A stretch of 64,000 bases of DNA from Macrostomum lignano (Eukaryota): NCBI GenBank assembly GCA_002269645.1, contig NIVC01001711.1, positions 124,001 to 188,000 on the forward strand, read 5' to 3'. Below, one piece after another: positions 12,857 through 25,837 of this stretch; position 1 is the first letter of the stretch, and every line of letters begins with the position of its first letter. Under the pieces are notes generated by a model. That model had not been told where the DNA came from and did not search any database. It was given only the letters and a program-made list of their open reading frames with translations. A program made the translations under genes and the position numbers.

Positions 12857-13560
12857 GAGAGCGGGAAGATGGCGGGAGCTGAGAGCGGGAAGGTGGCATG
12901 AGCTGAGAGCGGGAAGGTGGCGGGAGCTGAGAGCGGGAAGATGGCGGGAGCTGAGAGCGGGAAGGTGGCGGGAGCTGAGAGCGGGAAGATGGCGGGAGCT
13001 GAGAGCGGGAAGGTGGCGGGAGCTGAGAGCGGGAAGGTGGCGGGAGCTGAGAGCGGGAAGGTGGCGGGAGCTGAGAGCGGGAAGGTGGCGGGAGCTGAGA
13101 GCGGGAAGGTGGCGGGAGCTGAGAGCGGGAAGGTGGCGGGAGCTGAGAGCGGGAAGGTGGCGGGAGCTGAGAGCGGGAAGGTGGCGGGAGCTGAGAGCGG
13201 GAAGGTGGCATGAGCTGAGAGCGGGAAGGTGGCGGGAGCTGAGAGCGGGAAGGTGGCATGATCTGAGAGCGGGAATGTGGCGGGAGCTGAGAGCGGGAAG
13301 GTGGCGGGAGCTGAGAGCGGGAAGGTGGCGGGAGCTGAGAGCGGGAAGGTGGCGGGAGCTGAGAGCGGGAAGGTGGCGGGAGCTGAGAGCGGGAAGGTGG
13401 CGGGAGCTGAGAGCGGGAAGGTGGCATGAGCTGAGAGCGGGAAGGTGGCGGGAGCTGAGAGCGGGAAGGTGGCGGGAGCTGAGAGCGGGAAGGTGGCGGG
13501 AGCTGAGAGCGGGAAGGTGGCGGGAGCTGAGAGCGGGAAGGTGGCGGAAGTTGAGAGCTG
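12857..13560. repeat. 24-bp minisatellite (GGCGGGAGCTGAGAGCGGGAAGGT)
   Basis: About 29 copies; source of the RELRAGRW / SRSQLPPP ORFs. Confidence 0.95.
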
Positions 13561-13932
13561 AGAGGTTTGACTAAAGGACTGTCGTCGCGCTCTAACAGTG
13601 TGGCTGAACTGACCACTTGTACCTTCTGCATATTTTATATTTTGGTCAAAAAATCATAAGTTGACTTGTAGGTGTTCACGTCGTGGTACGTTCGTTTTTG
13701 CGGCTGTTGCTAAGTCTTGTGGAATTGTTAAATCGAATTGTCCGTGTTCTTTTCTCGTTTTTTATTATAGTGTGCCATTTAGTGTACCTGAATTGTGCTA
13801 TTTTTAAAAAAAAAGAATGACAAAGAGAAAATGCTAGTAGCTGACGATGGAATGTGCGATAAGCGAGAAAAAATAAAGGATATGTTGTATGAAAACTGAG
13901 AAATAATTGTTCTTTTTTGTTTGCAATAAAAA

Positions 13933-14337
13933 AGCCAATAAAAGGAAGAGAAGTTGAAGTGGATGAGTCCAATTTTTTCATCGCAAATGCCACCAGGGAG
14001 CTTACCGCGAGGGCCACTGGGTGCTTGGGATGGTCGAGCAAGGTACACGCAAATGCATGATGGTACAAGTACCCAACCGGTCTGCTGAGTCAGATTATTC
14101 AGCAGTGTGTTGCCTGGGACACGCATTTTAACTGACGGCTGGCAGGTTTATAGTGCGCTTCCCCAGGTGTTTGTCAATCACCGTCTGCATTTCGTTGATC
14201 CGAACGATCCAACTTGCCCACAAACAACATCGAAGGCACCTGGGCACTCGTGAAGGCGAAGTTTTGCAGCCAGCATGGCACTAGTGACGACCTTTTTTGA
14301 GTCCCATCTTAGCGAGTTCCTCTGGCGCCAACTCTAG
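13933..14337 (+). pseudogene. Merlin (IS1595/ISXO2-like) DDE transposase fragment with several frameshifts
   Basis: Frame-hopping translation: VEVDESNF / HRKCHQGAYREGHWVLGMVEQGTRKCMMVQVPNRSAE / VLPGTRILTDGWQVY...VNHRLHFVDPNDPT / TNNIEGTWALVK / SHLSEFLWRQ; D-D-E in VDES, TDGW, NIEG. Confidence 0.85.
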
Positions 14338-14597
14338 CCAGAGAAGTGCTTTGGGAATCCTGTACTGGGGGAATATAGCTGTGTAACGCTATTTTTAAGA
14401 CCTTAAGTATGCTCTAATAAACTTGTTTTAGTTCGTTTGTTAAAAAAACTTGGACATGCTAAAAAGCCTTATTGATGAAAGCGCCACATACAATTACGTA
14501 TGTAACCTTGTACGAGTACGAGTTACTGTCGATTTCTAACAATTTAATAAATATTTCTTCCAGCGTTTATGTGACTTCTGCGATATAATGTACCTGC

Positions 14598-14666
14598 ATT
14601 GAGTGAGGTGGTGTGGTGGGTGTTGAGTGAGGTGGTGTGGTGGGTGTTGAGTGAGGTGGTGTGGTG
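14598..14666. repeat. 24-bp x3 repeat (TTGAGTGAGGTGGTGTGGTGGGTG)
   Basis: Three direct copies. Confidence 0.8.
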
Positions 14667-15832
14667 TAAAATAGGATACATTATAGAAAGTGGTATAAAT
14701 CGATATACATGCACTATACACTGTAGCTCGTCGATATATTGGATCGAGTTCATGTATTTCGGGCTGTTGAAAAGGGATAGAATTTCGAGATTATTATCGA
14801 TAGTAACTTGCGTTACTCGTACAGTACTTCATCCAAGGACAACTGAAGTTACGTTTGGCTATTTATGTTTTATTAGAACGTAAGGTTTTAAGGTATTCCC
14901 AAAATCGTAAATATACGTAATGAAGTTGCGTCCTACTACTTCAGTTGTCCTTGACTTCATCACGCATAGCGCTATGAACTCATTAAAAGATGATGTTAGG
15001 TGTTAGTGCGTTCTGTGTAGGTGCCAATGTTTGGGCGTAGCGAGGAGGGGTCATTAGCACTGAATGGCTTCAATCGAATTTACTATATTAATACGTACAT
15101 GTAGAAGTACACGGAAGACAGAACGGACTCCGCATGCGACTCCTGCCGTTCCCTATAAAAATAGTGCGTGCACCTCTGGACTGTTTAAAAAATTGGTTAA
15201 GAATCTTCTTTAAAATAAGAATCACACAGCTTCATGCACATGTGCTACGAGTAATTGCTTTCCAGAACGTGAACTCCGACTATACATGTAAGTGCAAAAT
15301 GTATTGACATACAATAGAATATACCTGAACAGTTTCTACCTACAATGAGGCGCATACATGTACATGGCCATGTTTATCATGCCATGTTGGTACATTATTT
15401 GACTTGTGGAACTCACAAACTGTGATCGACACGTATCATATACGTACATCCCATGCATCATATATACAGTTACATGAGCTAGAAATTACATGTAACAGAA
15501 TAATATAGCCAAGTGACTTGACCATACGTACGTACGAAGTACAAGCGATTACACATTGATTCCAGTGAAGACTCCCTCGAACTCGCTCTCTATAGTATGC
15601 ATCCTACTGTAATTTAGCTGACTCTCGGCTGTTGATAGTGTACGCTTGATTAGTGGTCAAGCTCCCCTGAACAAAACTAGCGGCTGATCCGGGTTTTTTA
15701 CAGGTACACGCCAAACGGCATAGCCGCCACGTACCAGAACAACAACAACAGAATACGCAGTTAGCGTCACACGGCGCGCCTCAAGGCCAACAACAACAAA
15801 CAACAAAAGTACACTGGATAGTCTCTATAGTG

Positions 15833-16100
15833 TCACAGGGCGCGTCTCAAGGCCAGAGTGCGAACATAGACCGCTCCGGCGGCAGAGTCCGGGGCGCCGG
15901 CGTCAGCCAGCAGGCAGTCGACGAAACGCCGAGTGCGCGCCTGTCCCCGCCGGTAGGGCCGGTGCCTGCAGCGTCAGCAGCAGCACCTCCTGCACCGGCT
16001 TTGGCCAGTACGACTCGGCGCGGATGATGTGGCCTGCCAGCTGGAGTCGCCGATGGCGCAACAGTTTGCTTGGACGGACCAGGCCTGCGCGGTGATACAC
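15833..16100 (-). mobile_element. 5'-truncated RTE-like LINE, 3' end of the RT ORF with a frameshift
   Basis: RRLQLAGHIIR...VLLLTLQAP / YRRGQARTRRFVDCLLADAG...LRRAL*, resembling the RTE C-terminal RRLxxAGH...RGRP-type motif; (TTG)n-like tail downstream. Confidence 0.65.
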
Positions 16101-18869
16101 GCCAGCCCACTCGTTGAATTCTTACCATAGGTCGCCTTCGCCTCGCCTTATTTCATCACGTACCATGCAGGCACCTGCGATAAGTTCACCCGGGGTTCAT
16201 CAGGATTGCTTGGTACCGGAGGTCAAGGACAGGTCACGGCCTTCAATGTCACACATCACACGCTCACGTGTCTCAGAGAATTATAAAAAGGAACCCGTTT
16301 TTGAACGCGTGTTGCTTTGTTTTATTATTGTTTGTTTTCCCGCGAGGCTGAACCACCGGTCCCCGCCGGGAACCCCTTCATTTCCTATAGAGTCGCCTAC
16401 CAACTAAAGATCCCCCTTATGCAAAAGTCTTCCTCATTTCCAGCACTGATTACAAGTAAACCGTCCCTTGTATGCCTCCTCGCATAGAGTCCATTAGAGA
16501 GTTACATGTACATGTACGTTCCATTTCTAGTAGTGTGGGAGTTTTTCGGGTGTACTCCTGCACAGGTGACTGCAGAGGCGGCCACGCCCTTCGGCAAACA
16601 GACAACCCGGGCCCGCGCTGTCTAGATAATTGAAACTTGACCGCAACGTCAGCTACAAAAGAGCGTCCAGAGGTGGAAAAGTCCATGTGAGGCATGCATG
16701 GCGGCTGGTAATTTTCAGTGCTAGAGCCCAGAGGTTTACACAGATATTCTCAGGCAGCCCCCGGGTTACGTCACATGACTTGGATCGAGCGGAAAAACTT
16801 AATTTGTAGTTCGCTCCTGGCAGCGCGAACAGGTTGGTAGGCGGTTGAAGCAGCATCGGCAGCTGGTGCACCGCGCATCGGCTGTTTTGACAGCTCCCCA
16901 GACTAGCAGTCCGACTGAATCAGTAGACTGCTGCGAGCCCCCCCCCCCTTTTTGCCGCTTCCCCTGCGTTGCTGAAGCCCAATTCGACCCTACATGTATG
17001 AATATGCGTAAATTTTTAATACACAATAAGTGAGTCTTCCTTGCTAGACCCCTGCCTCAGGTTTGCTCCATGCAACCACTATAGCCGGAATACCCATGGC
17101 CCACCAGGGTGAGCGCTCATCAGAATCGCATGAAGATTTCTCTCTTGAGCACTTTTACCAAGACACCATTACCAGACATTTCATGGTCTATATTCAGGAG
17201 CACCAAGCTTGCAACCAAGACCTTATATAACAATGGTTGTCAAAGGGCACAGTGCATATTCTAGCATGCGGGGACTATTCAACTTCATCGAATGTGAGAA
17301 GCAGAACTCTCACTCCAGAGTACTCTGAGGGCTTCTCAGAAGCAGGAGCACCCACTCCCTCTTTTATGACGCCGCCTGGACTGCAGACCCCTCAAAAAAG
17401 CGTACGTCACCGCTCAGCACAAAACTAAATGCCCATGCAGCAAATGTGCACCGCTGACGATCGAGCGCACTTTTGTTCACTTCAGCGCCCTACACCAAGG
17501 CAGCGTCCTTTCTTGTGAGTGCAGGAACTCTCGGCAGCTTGCTGGGAGCATTCGAAACATGCTTAAGCTGCACCACTAAAAGCGAAATAAAATGTGAGTT
17601 CACTGAGAAAATTTTACTTCTGGAGTGTAAAGCTAAATCAACAAAATTTTGCGGAGCGCATGCTATTTAGGAAATACTCCAGAAACACAAAACCAATTCG
17701 ACAAAATTATATGACCAACTAAAATCGGAAAGCTCCTGGTCATAACTGTATGTAACATGAAAGTTTATATCTGTATTTTTTGCACGCGTCTTCATGAAGA
17801 GCAGTAATGTTTAAAAAATTAACTGGCGGTAACAACAAAAAACACCTGTCAGTTCCTTGTAGAAATATAAGAACCTGTAAAACAACAGGATTTCGACAGT
17901 ATAAGGGGTTGGTCATTGTTGGTCCACAATGGTACAGCCGAAATTATTTTGGATTATTTGCTTAAACTGAAAGCCTGACACTGAAGTCTAGTGGCACTTG
18001 CTCCGAGCTTTGTGATCAAGGATTAAATTAAAATGGCACACGTAGAACACCGCCCTGTCACAGAGCAGTATCGTCTCGAAAATATGTCTCCCAGAAATTA
18101 CAGCAAAAATATATGAAGCTCCGATGTTACAAACTGCATTGATTCGAAAAATGCTTTTACAAATGGAAAATCCACCCATAAACAACCTAAAAACACGACA
18201 CCAAAAACGTCGAGTGTGGCTCCCATTGCACAGGGAGTAATGCGAGTAGCAATATTGGAAAAGGGCGATGACAAATGGGTGCTTTTGTTGAGCTTTACAC
18301 GATCTGAACATGTATTAACATAATTCGGTGATCTCAATGTTAAAGGGATTGTCGACATATATTAAAGAATTAAAAAATAGCTTTGGCGGAGCCAGCTTCA
18401 GTTTCGGCTGCAGCAGCGATGTTTGAGGCGGCTGCTTTAGTGGAACCAGCGGCAGACCCGGCCGTAACGGTTGCACCAGATGTCAGCGTATCAGAACTCA
18501 TAGTGGCGGTACGTACAAACTAATTTCAGCTCAGTGTGTACAAATAGTTAGAAAGCTCGCGCTTGAATAGCTTTTGCGGGTGAACAGCTGCTTGTGAACA
18601 AACAGCTGCTTGTTTGTTGCTAGGCCAATCGCACCAGAGGCAAAAGCAAAGGTGCCAATGGTACAGCAGCTGGGTTTCACCGGTAGCTTTTTCATAAGGA
18701 AGAATGTGCTTTCAATAAGCTGTGCTTCTTGGTACTAATACGAGACTACTTTAGCAGAGGGTGGAGAAGCAGGGTAGAGCAGACAGCAGGGAGCAAAGCA
18801 GCGGGGGCAGAGCAGGGGGCAGAAAACCAGAGGACAGAGAGGGAGCAAAGGAGCAAGGTAAAGCAGGCA

Positions 18870-21800
18870 GACGTCAGGGGTCAAGGGGGAGAAGCCAAAG
18901 TCAGGGGAGGGAAGCCAGGGTCAGGGGAGAAGCCAGGGTCAGGGGAGGGAAGCCAGGGTCAGGGGAGAGAAGCCAGGGTCAGGGGGAGGGAAGCCAGGGT
19001 CAGGGGGAGGGAAGCCAGGGTCAGGGGGAGAGAAGCTAGCATTAGGGGGAGGGAAGCTAGCGTCAGGGGAAGGGAAGCCAGGGTCAGGGGAGGGAAGCCA
19101 GGGTCAGCGGAGGGAAGCCACGGTCTGGGGAGGGAAGCCAAGGTCTGGGGAGGGAAGCCAGGGTCAGGGGGAGGGAAGCCAGGGTCAGGGGGAGAGAAGC
19201 CAGGGTCAGGAGAGGGAAGCCAGGGGTCAGTAAGGAGAAAAACCAGGCCCAGGAGGAGAGAAGCCAGGGTCAGGGGGAGAGAAGCTAGCGTCAGGCGGAG
19301 GGAAGCCACGGTCTGGGGAGGGAAGCCAGGGTTTTGTGGAGGGAAGCCAGGGTCAGGGGGAGAGAAGCTAGCATCAGGGGGAGGGAAGCCAGGGTCTGGG
19401 GAGGGAAGCCAGGGTCAGGGGAGGGAAGCCAGGGTCAGGGGAGGGAAGCCAGGGTCTGGGGAGGGAAGCCAGGGTCAGGGGAGGGAAGCCAGCGTCAGGG
19501 GAGGGAAGCCAGGGTCAGGGGGAGAGAAGCCAGGGTCAGGGGGAGGGAAGCCAGGGTCAGGGGAGGGAAGCCAGGGTCAGGGAGGGAAGCCAGCGTCAGG
19601 GGAGGGAAGCCAGGGTCAGGGGGAGGGAAGCCAGGGTCAGGGGAGGAAAGCCAGGGTCAGGGGAGAGAAGCTAGCATCAGGGGGAGGGAAGCCAGGGTCT
19701 GGGGAGGGAAGCCAGGGTCAGGGGGAGAGAAGCTAGCGTCAGGGGGAGGGAAGCGAGGGTCAGGGGAGGGAAGCCAGGGTCTGGGGAGGGAAGCCAGGGT
19801 CAGGAGAGGGAAGCCAGGGTCAGGGGAGGGAAGCCAGGGTCTGGGGAGGGAAGCCAGCGTCAGGGGGAGGGAAACCAGGGTCAGGGGAGGGAAGCCAGGG
19901 TCAGGGGGAGAGAAGCTAGCATCAGGGGGAGGGAAGCCAGGGTCTGGGGAGGGAAGCCAGGGTCAGGGGGAGAGAAGCTAGCGTCAGGGGGAGGGAACCC
20001 AGGGTCAGGGTAGAGAAGCCAGGGTCTGGGGAGGGAAGCCAGGGTCAGGGGAGGGAAGCCAGCGTCAGGGGGAGGGAAGCTAGCGTCAGGGGAGGGAAGC
20101 CAGGGTCAGGGGGAGGGAAGCCAGGGTCAGGGGGAGGGAAGCCAGGGTCAGGGGGAGGGAAGCCAGGGTCAGGGGGAGAGAAGCTAGCGTCAGGGGGGAA
20201 GCCAGGGTCAGGGGAGGGAAGCCAGGGTCAGGGGAGGGAAGCCAGGGTCAGGGGAGGGAAGCCAGGTCAGGGGAGAGAAGCCAGGGTCAGCCAGGGTCAG
20301 GGGAGAAGCCAGGGTCAGGGGAGGGAAGCCAGGGTCAGGGGGAAGCCAGGGTCAGAGAGCCAGGGTCAGGGGAGGGAAGCCAGGGTCAGGGGAGGAAGCC
20401 AGGGTCAGGGGAGGGAAGCCAGGGTCAGGGGAGGGAAGCCAGGGTCAGGGGAGAAGCCAGCGTCAGGGGGAGGGAAGCGAGGGTCAGGGGAGGGAAGCCA
20501 GGGTCTGGGGAGGGAAGCCAGGGTCAGGGGGAGGGAAGCCAGGGTCAGGGGAGGGAAGCCAGCGTCAGGGGAGGGAAGCCAGGGTCAGGGGGAGGGAAGC
20601 CAGGGTCAGGGGAGGGAAGCCAGGGTCAGGGGAGAGAAGCTAGCATCAGGGGAGGGAAGCCAGGGTCTGGGGAGGGAAGCCAGGGTCAGGGGGAGAGAAG
20701 CTAGCGTCAGGGGGAGGGAAGCGAGGGTCAGGGGAGGGAAGCCAGGGTCTGGGGAGGGAAGCCAGGGTCAGGAGAGGGAAGCCAGGGTCAGGGGAGGGAA
20801 GCCAGCGTCAGGGGGAGGGAAGCCAGCGTCAGGGGGAGGGAAACCAGGGTCAGGGGAGGGAAGCCAGGGTCAGGGGGAGAGAAGCTAGCATCAGGGGGAG
20901 GGAAGCCAGGGTCTGGGGAGGGAAGCCAGGGTCAGGGGGAGAGAAGCTAGCGTCAGGGGAGGGAACCCAGGGTCAGGGTAGAGAAGCCAGGGTCTGGGGA
21001 GGGAAGCCAGGGTCAGGGGAGGGAAGCCAGCGTCAGGGGGAGGGAAGATAGCGTCAGGGGAGGGAAGCCAGGGTCAGGGGAGGGAAGCCAGGGTCAGGGG
21101 GAGGGAAGCCAGGGTCAGGGGGAGGGAAGCCAGGGTCAGGGGAGAGAAGCTAGCGTCAGGGGGGAGGAAGCCAGGGTCAGGGGAGGGAAGCCAGGGTCAG
21201 GGGAGGGAAGCCAGGGTCAGGGGAGGGAAACCAAGGTCAGGGAGAGAGAAGCCAGGGTCAGGGGAGGGAAGCCAGGGTCAGGGGGAGAGAAGCCAGGGTC
21301 AGTGGGAGGGAAGCCAGGGTCAGCGGGAGGGAAGCCAGGGTCAGGGGAGAGAAGCTAGCGTCAGGGGGAGGGAAGCGAGGGTCAGGGGAGGGAAGCCAGG
21401 GTCTGGGGAGGGAAGCCAGGGTCAGGAGAGGGAAGCCAGGGTCAGGGGAGGGAAGCCAGGGTCTGGGGAGGGAAGCCAGCGTCCTGGGGAGGGAAACCAG
21501 GGTCAGGGGGAGGGAAGCTAGCGTCAGGGGGAGGGAAGCCAGGGTCTGGGAAGGGAAGCCAGGGTCTGGGGAGGGAAGCCAGGGTCTGGGGAGGGAAGCC
21601 AAGGTCCGGGGAGGGAAGCCAGGGTCAGGGGAGGGAAGCCACGGTCTAGGGAGGGAAGCCAGGATCAGGGGAGGGAAGCCAAGGTCTGGGGAGGGAAGCC
21701 AGGGTCAGGGGGAGGGAAGCCAGGGTCAGGGGAGGGAAGCCAGGGTCTGGGGAGGGAAGCCAGGGTCAGGGGAGGGAAGCCAGGGTCAGGGGAGGGAAGC

Positions 21801-24800
21801 CAGGGTCAGGGGAGGGAAGCCAGGGTCAGGGGGAGAGAAGCTAGCGTCAGGGGGAGGGAAGCCAGGGTCAGGGGGAGAGAAGCTAGCATCAGGGGGAGGG
21901 AAGCCAGGGTCAGGGGAGGGAAGCCAGGGTCTGGGGAGGGAAGCCAGGGTCAGGGGAGGGAAGCCAGGGTCAGGGGGAGAGAAGCCAGGGTCAGGGGAGG
22001 GAAGCCAGCGTCAGGGGGAGGGAAGCCAGGGTCAGGGGGAGGGAAGCCAGGGTCAGGGGAGGGAAGCCAGGGTCAGGGGGAGGGAAGCCAGGGTCAGGGG
22101 AGGGAAGCCAGGGTCAGGGGGAGAGAAGCTAGCATCAGGGGGAGGGAAGCCAGGGTCTGGGGAGGGAAGCCAGGGTCAGGGGAGGGAAGCCAGGGTCAGG
22201 GGAGGGAAGCCAGGGTCAGGGGAGGGAAGCCAGGGTCAGGGGAGGGAAGCCAGCGTCAGGGGAGGGAAGCCAGGGTCAGGGGGAGGGAAGCCAGGGTCAG
22301 GGGAGAGAAGCCAGGGTCAGGGGGAGGGAAGCCAGGGTCAGGGGGAGGGAAGCCAGGGTCAGGGGAGGGAAGCCAGCATCAGGGGAGGGAAGCCAGGGTC
22401 AGGGGGAGGGAAGCCAGGGTCAGGGGAGGAAAGCCAGGGTCAGGGGGAGAGAAGCTAGCATCAGGGGGAGGGAAGCCAGGGTCTGGGGAGGGAAGCCAGG
22501 GTCAGGGGGAGAGAAGCTAGCGTCAGGGGGAGGGAAGCGAGGGTCAGGGGAGGGAAGCCAGGGTCTGGGGAGGGAAGCCAGGGTCAGGAGAGGGAAGCCA
22601 GGGTCAGGGGAGGGAAGCCAGGGTCTGGGGAGGGAAGCCAGCGTCAGGGGGAGGGAAACCAGGGTCAGGGGAGGGAAGCCAGGGTCAGGGGGAGAGAAGC
22701 TAGCATCAGGGGGAGGGAAGCCAGGGTCTGGGGAGGGAAGCCAGGGTCAGGGGGAGAGAAGCTAGCGTCAGGGGGAGGGAACCCAGGGTCAGGGGAGAGA
22801 AGCCAGGGTCTGGGGAGGGAAGCCAGGGTCAGGGGAGGGAAGCCAGCGTCAGGGGGAGGGAAGCTAGCGTCAGGGGAGGGAAGCCAGGGTCAGGGGAGGG
22901 AAGCCAGGGTCAGGGGGAGGGAAGCCAGGGTCAGGGGGAGGGAAGCCAGGGTCAGGGGGAGAGAAGCTAGCGTCAGGGGGGAGGAAGCCAGGGTCAGGGG
23001 AGGGAAGCCAGGGTCAGGGGGAGGGAAGCCAGGGTCAGGGGAGGGAAACCAAGGTCAGGGAGAGAGAAGCCAGGGTCAGGGGAGGGAAGCCAGGGTCAGG
23101 GGGAGAGAAGCCAGGGTCAGGGGGAGGGAAGCCAGGGTCAGCGGGAGGGAAGCCAGGGTCGTCAGGGGAGAGAAGCTAGCGTCAGGGGGAGGGAAGCGAG
23201 GGTCAGGGGAGGGAAGCCAGGGTCTGGGGAGGGAAGCCAGGGTCAGGGGGAGGGAAGCCAGGGTCAGGGGAGGGAAGCCAGCGTCAGGGGAGGGAAGCCA
23301 GGGTCAGGGGGAGGGAAGCCAGGGTCAGGGGAGGGAAGCCAGGGTCAGGGGGAGAGAAGCTAGCATCAGGGGAGGGAAGCCAGGGTCTGGGGAGGGAAGC
23401 CAGGGTCAGGGGAGAGAAGCTAGCGTCAGGGGGAGGGAAGCGAGGGTCAGGGGAGGGAAGCCAGGGTCTGGGGAGGGAAGCCAGGGTCAGGAGAGGGAAG
23501 CCAGGGTCAGGGGAGGGAAGCCAGGGTCTGGGGAGGGAAGCCAGCGTCAGGGGAGGGAAACCAGGGTCAGGGGAGGGAAGCCAGGGTCAGGGGAGAGAAG
23601 CTAGCATCAGGGGGAGGGAAGCCAGGGTCTGGGGAGGGAAGCCAGGGTCAGGGGAGAGAAGCTAGCGTCAGGGGAGGGAACCAGGGTCAGGGTAGAGAAG
23701 CCAGGGTCTGGGGAGGGAAGCCAGGGTCAGGGGAGGGAAGCCAGCGTCAGGGGGAGGGAAGCTAGCGTCAGGGGAGGGAAGCCAGGGTCAGGGGAGGGAA
23801 GCCAGGGTCAGGGGGAGGGAAGCCAGGGTCAGGGGGAGGGAAGCCAGGGTCAGGGGGAGAGAAGCTAGCGTCAGGGGGGAGGAAGCCAGGGTCAGGGGAG
23901 GGAAGCCAGGGTCAGGGGGAGGGAAGCCAGGGTCAGGGGAGGGAAACCAAGGTCAGGGAGAGAGAAGCCAGGGTCAGGGGAGGGAAGCCAGGGTCAGGGG
24001 GAGAGAAGCCAGGGTCAGGGGGAGGGAAGCCAGGGTCAGCGGGAGGGAAGCCAGGGTCAGGGGAGAGAAGCTAGCGTCAGGGGGAGGGAAGCGAGGGTCA
24101 GGGGAGGGAAGCCAGGGTCTGGGGAGGGAAGCCAGGGTCAGGAGAGGGAAGCCAGGGTCTGGGGAGGGAAGCCAGGGTCTGGGGAGGGAAGCCAGCGTCC
24201 TGGGGAGGGAAACCAGGGTCAGGGGGAGGGAAGCTAGCGTCAGGGGGAGGGAAGCCAGGGTCTGGGAAGGGAAGCCAGGGTCTGGGGAGGGAAGCCAGGG
24301 TCTGGGGAGGGAAGCCAAGGTCCGGGGAGGGAAGCCAGGGTCAGGGGAGGGAAGCCACGGTCTAGGGAGGGAAGCCAGGATCAGGGGAGGGAAGCCAAGG
24401 TCTGGGGAGGGAAGCCAGGGTCAGGGGGAGGGAAGCCAGGGTCAGGGGAGGGAAGCCAGGGTCTGGGGAGGGAAGCCAGGGTCAGGGGAGGGAAGCCAGG
24501 GTCAGGGGAGGGAAGCCAGGGTCAGGGGAGGGAAGCCAGGGTCAGGGGGAGAGAAGCTAGCGTCAGGGGGAGGGAAGCCAGGGTCAGGGGGAGAGAAGCT
24601 AGCATCAGGGGGAGGGAAGCCAGGGTCAGGGGAGGGAAGCCAGGGTCAGGGGAGGGAAGCCAGGGTCAGGGGGAGAGAAGCCAGGGTCAGGGGAGGGAAG
24701 CCAGCGTCAGGGGGAGGGAAGCCAGGGTCAGGGGGAGGGAAGCCAGGGTCAGGGGGAGGGAAGCCAGGGTCAGGGGGAGGGAAGCCAGGGTCAGGGGAGG

Positions 24801-24915
24801 GAAGCCAGGGTCAGGGGGAGAGAAGCCAGGGTCAGGGGGAGGGAAGCCAGGGTCTGGGGAGGGAAGCCAGGGTCAGGGGAGGGAAGCCAGGGTCAGGGGA
24901 GAGAGAAGCTAGGGT
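18870..24915. repeat. 20-22-bp G-rich minisatellite in the right foldback arm (GGGAGGGAAGCCAGGGTCAGG) with higher-order repeats
   Basis: About 6 kb; identical ORF-track entries at 21258 and 23974 imply a 2,716-bp higher-order duplication. Confidence 0.95.
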
Positions 24916-25837
24916 TAGAGGGCGGAAATCCAAGGTTAGGGGAGAGGGGAACTAAGAAAAAGAAAATAAGTCAAGGATTAAGTATTTTATAAAATACTGT
25001 AGGCTTAGTTTTATAGTTTGTTATTTAGTCTAGGCCTAATGGTATACATAAAGTAGATAGATAGAAAAAACAAAAATTTTAAGGCTCTTTTCTAGTAAGT
25101 TAGCTAAATCTATTCATTAAGACCAAGTCAATTAGCTAGGCTTAGTGCTCAATCAATAGGCTTTCCTACATACATAGGGCTATTGCTAAATAATAGAATT
25201 TAATTGAATTGAAGCCTTTTTATAATTGAATAAAAGCAGCTTATAAGTTACTTCTCATAATATTAGACCTACAATCTACATTTATATTTCAAATGCCTGT
25301 ATTATTAATTAACTGAAACGTGACAGGCTTTAAACTATAGAACAAAATTACTTAAGCAATCACATAATAATGCACAAGAAATTTAAGAAAAGCTCCTTTC
25401 ATTTATCTTGTACACGAAGCCTTCACTTGTTTAGTCTAGTGCATAGGCCAGCACAGCAATTCACAGTAGCACAATAAATATGCCTTAGAAGCTTTTGTTG
25501 AACGTTGAACACAGGAACCCTTATTCCTGTAAATTTTGTTTTCAAATTACATGCAAGCGAATTAATATTAACAAACGTCGATTTTTCTACTGCAAATTGT
25601 TATTAAACACCCGTAAAAGCTTTCAATTGATACACTCCCATTTGATTGTATGGGAGCGCGCTTTCGGCCCGTCTAGCCGGGAGAAGCGAGAGCTCGAGAG
25701 CGCGCTTTCCTGCCGGTTAGCCCGATGATTTTGTAAGCTTTTGGCCCGGCTAGCCGGTTGTCGTCGGGTGCCGGCGATGAGACTCATTTTGATCCGTTGC
25801 GCAGCTGAATCAAAATTCTCGCCCTTGAGCTAATATC

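Larger units (their letters stand above)
8364..25770. mobile_element. 17.4-kb non-autonomous foldback DNA transposon, Galileo/P-superfamily-like
   Basis: Near-identical inverted arms (8364-~12430 and ~18640-25770); termini CACCC...GGGTG; 7-bp direct repeat CCGGCGA at 8357-8363 and 25771-25777; tandem arrays inside the arms; no P/THAP transposase seen. Confidence 0.8.

Noticed and set aside
16450-17450. Possible restriction-like endonuclease or LINE remnant (PHMDFSTSGRSFVADVAVKF)
   Set aside because: The motif is too weak and there is no supporting RT or zinc-knuckle sequence.
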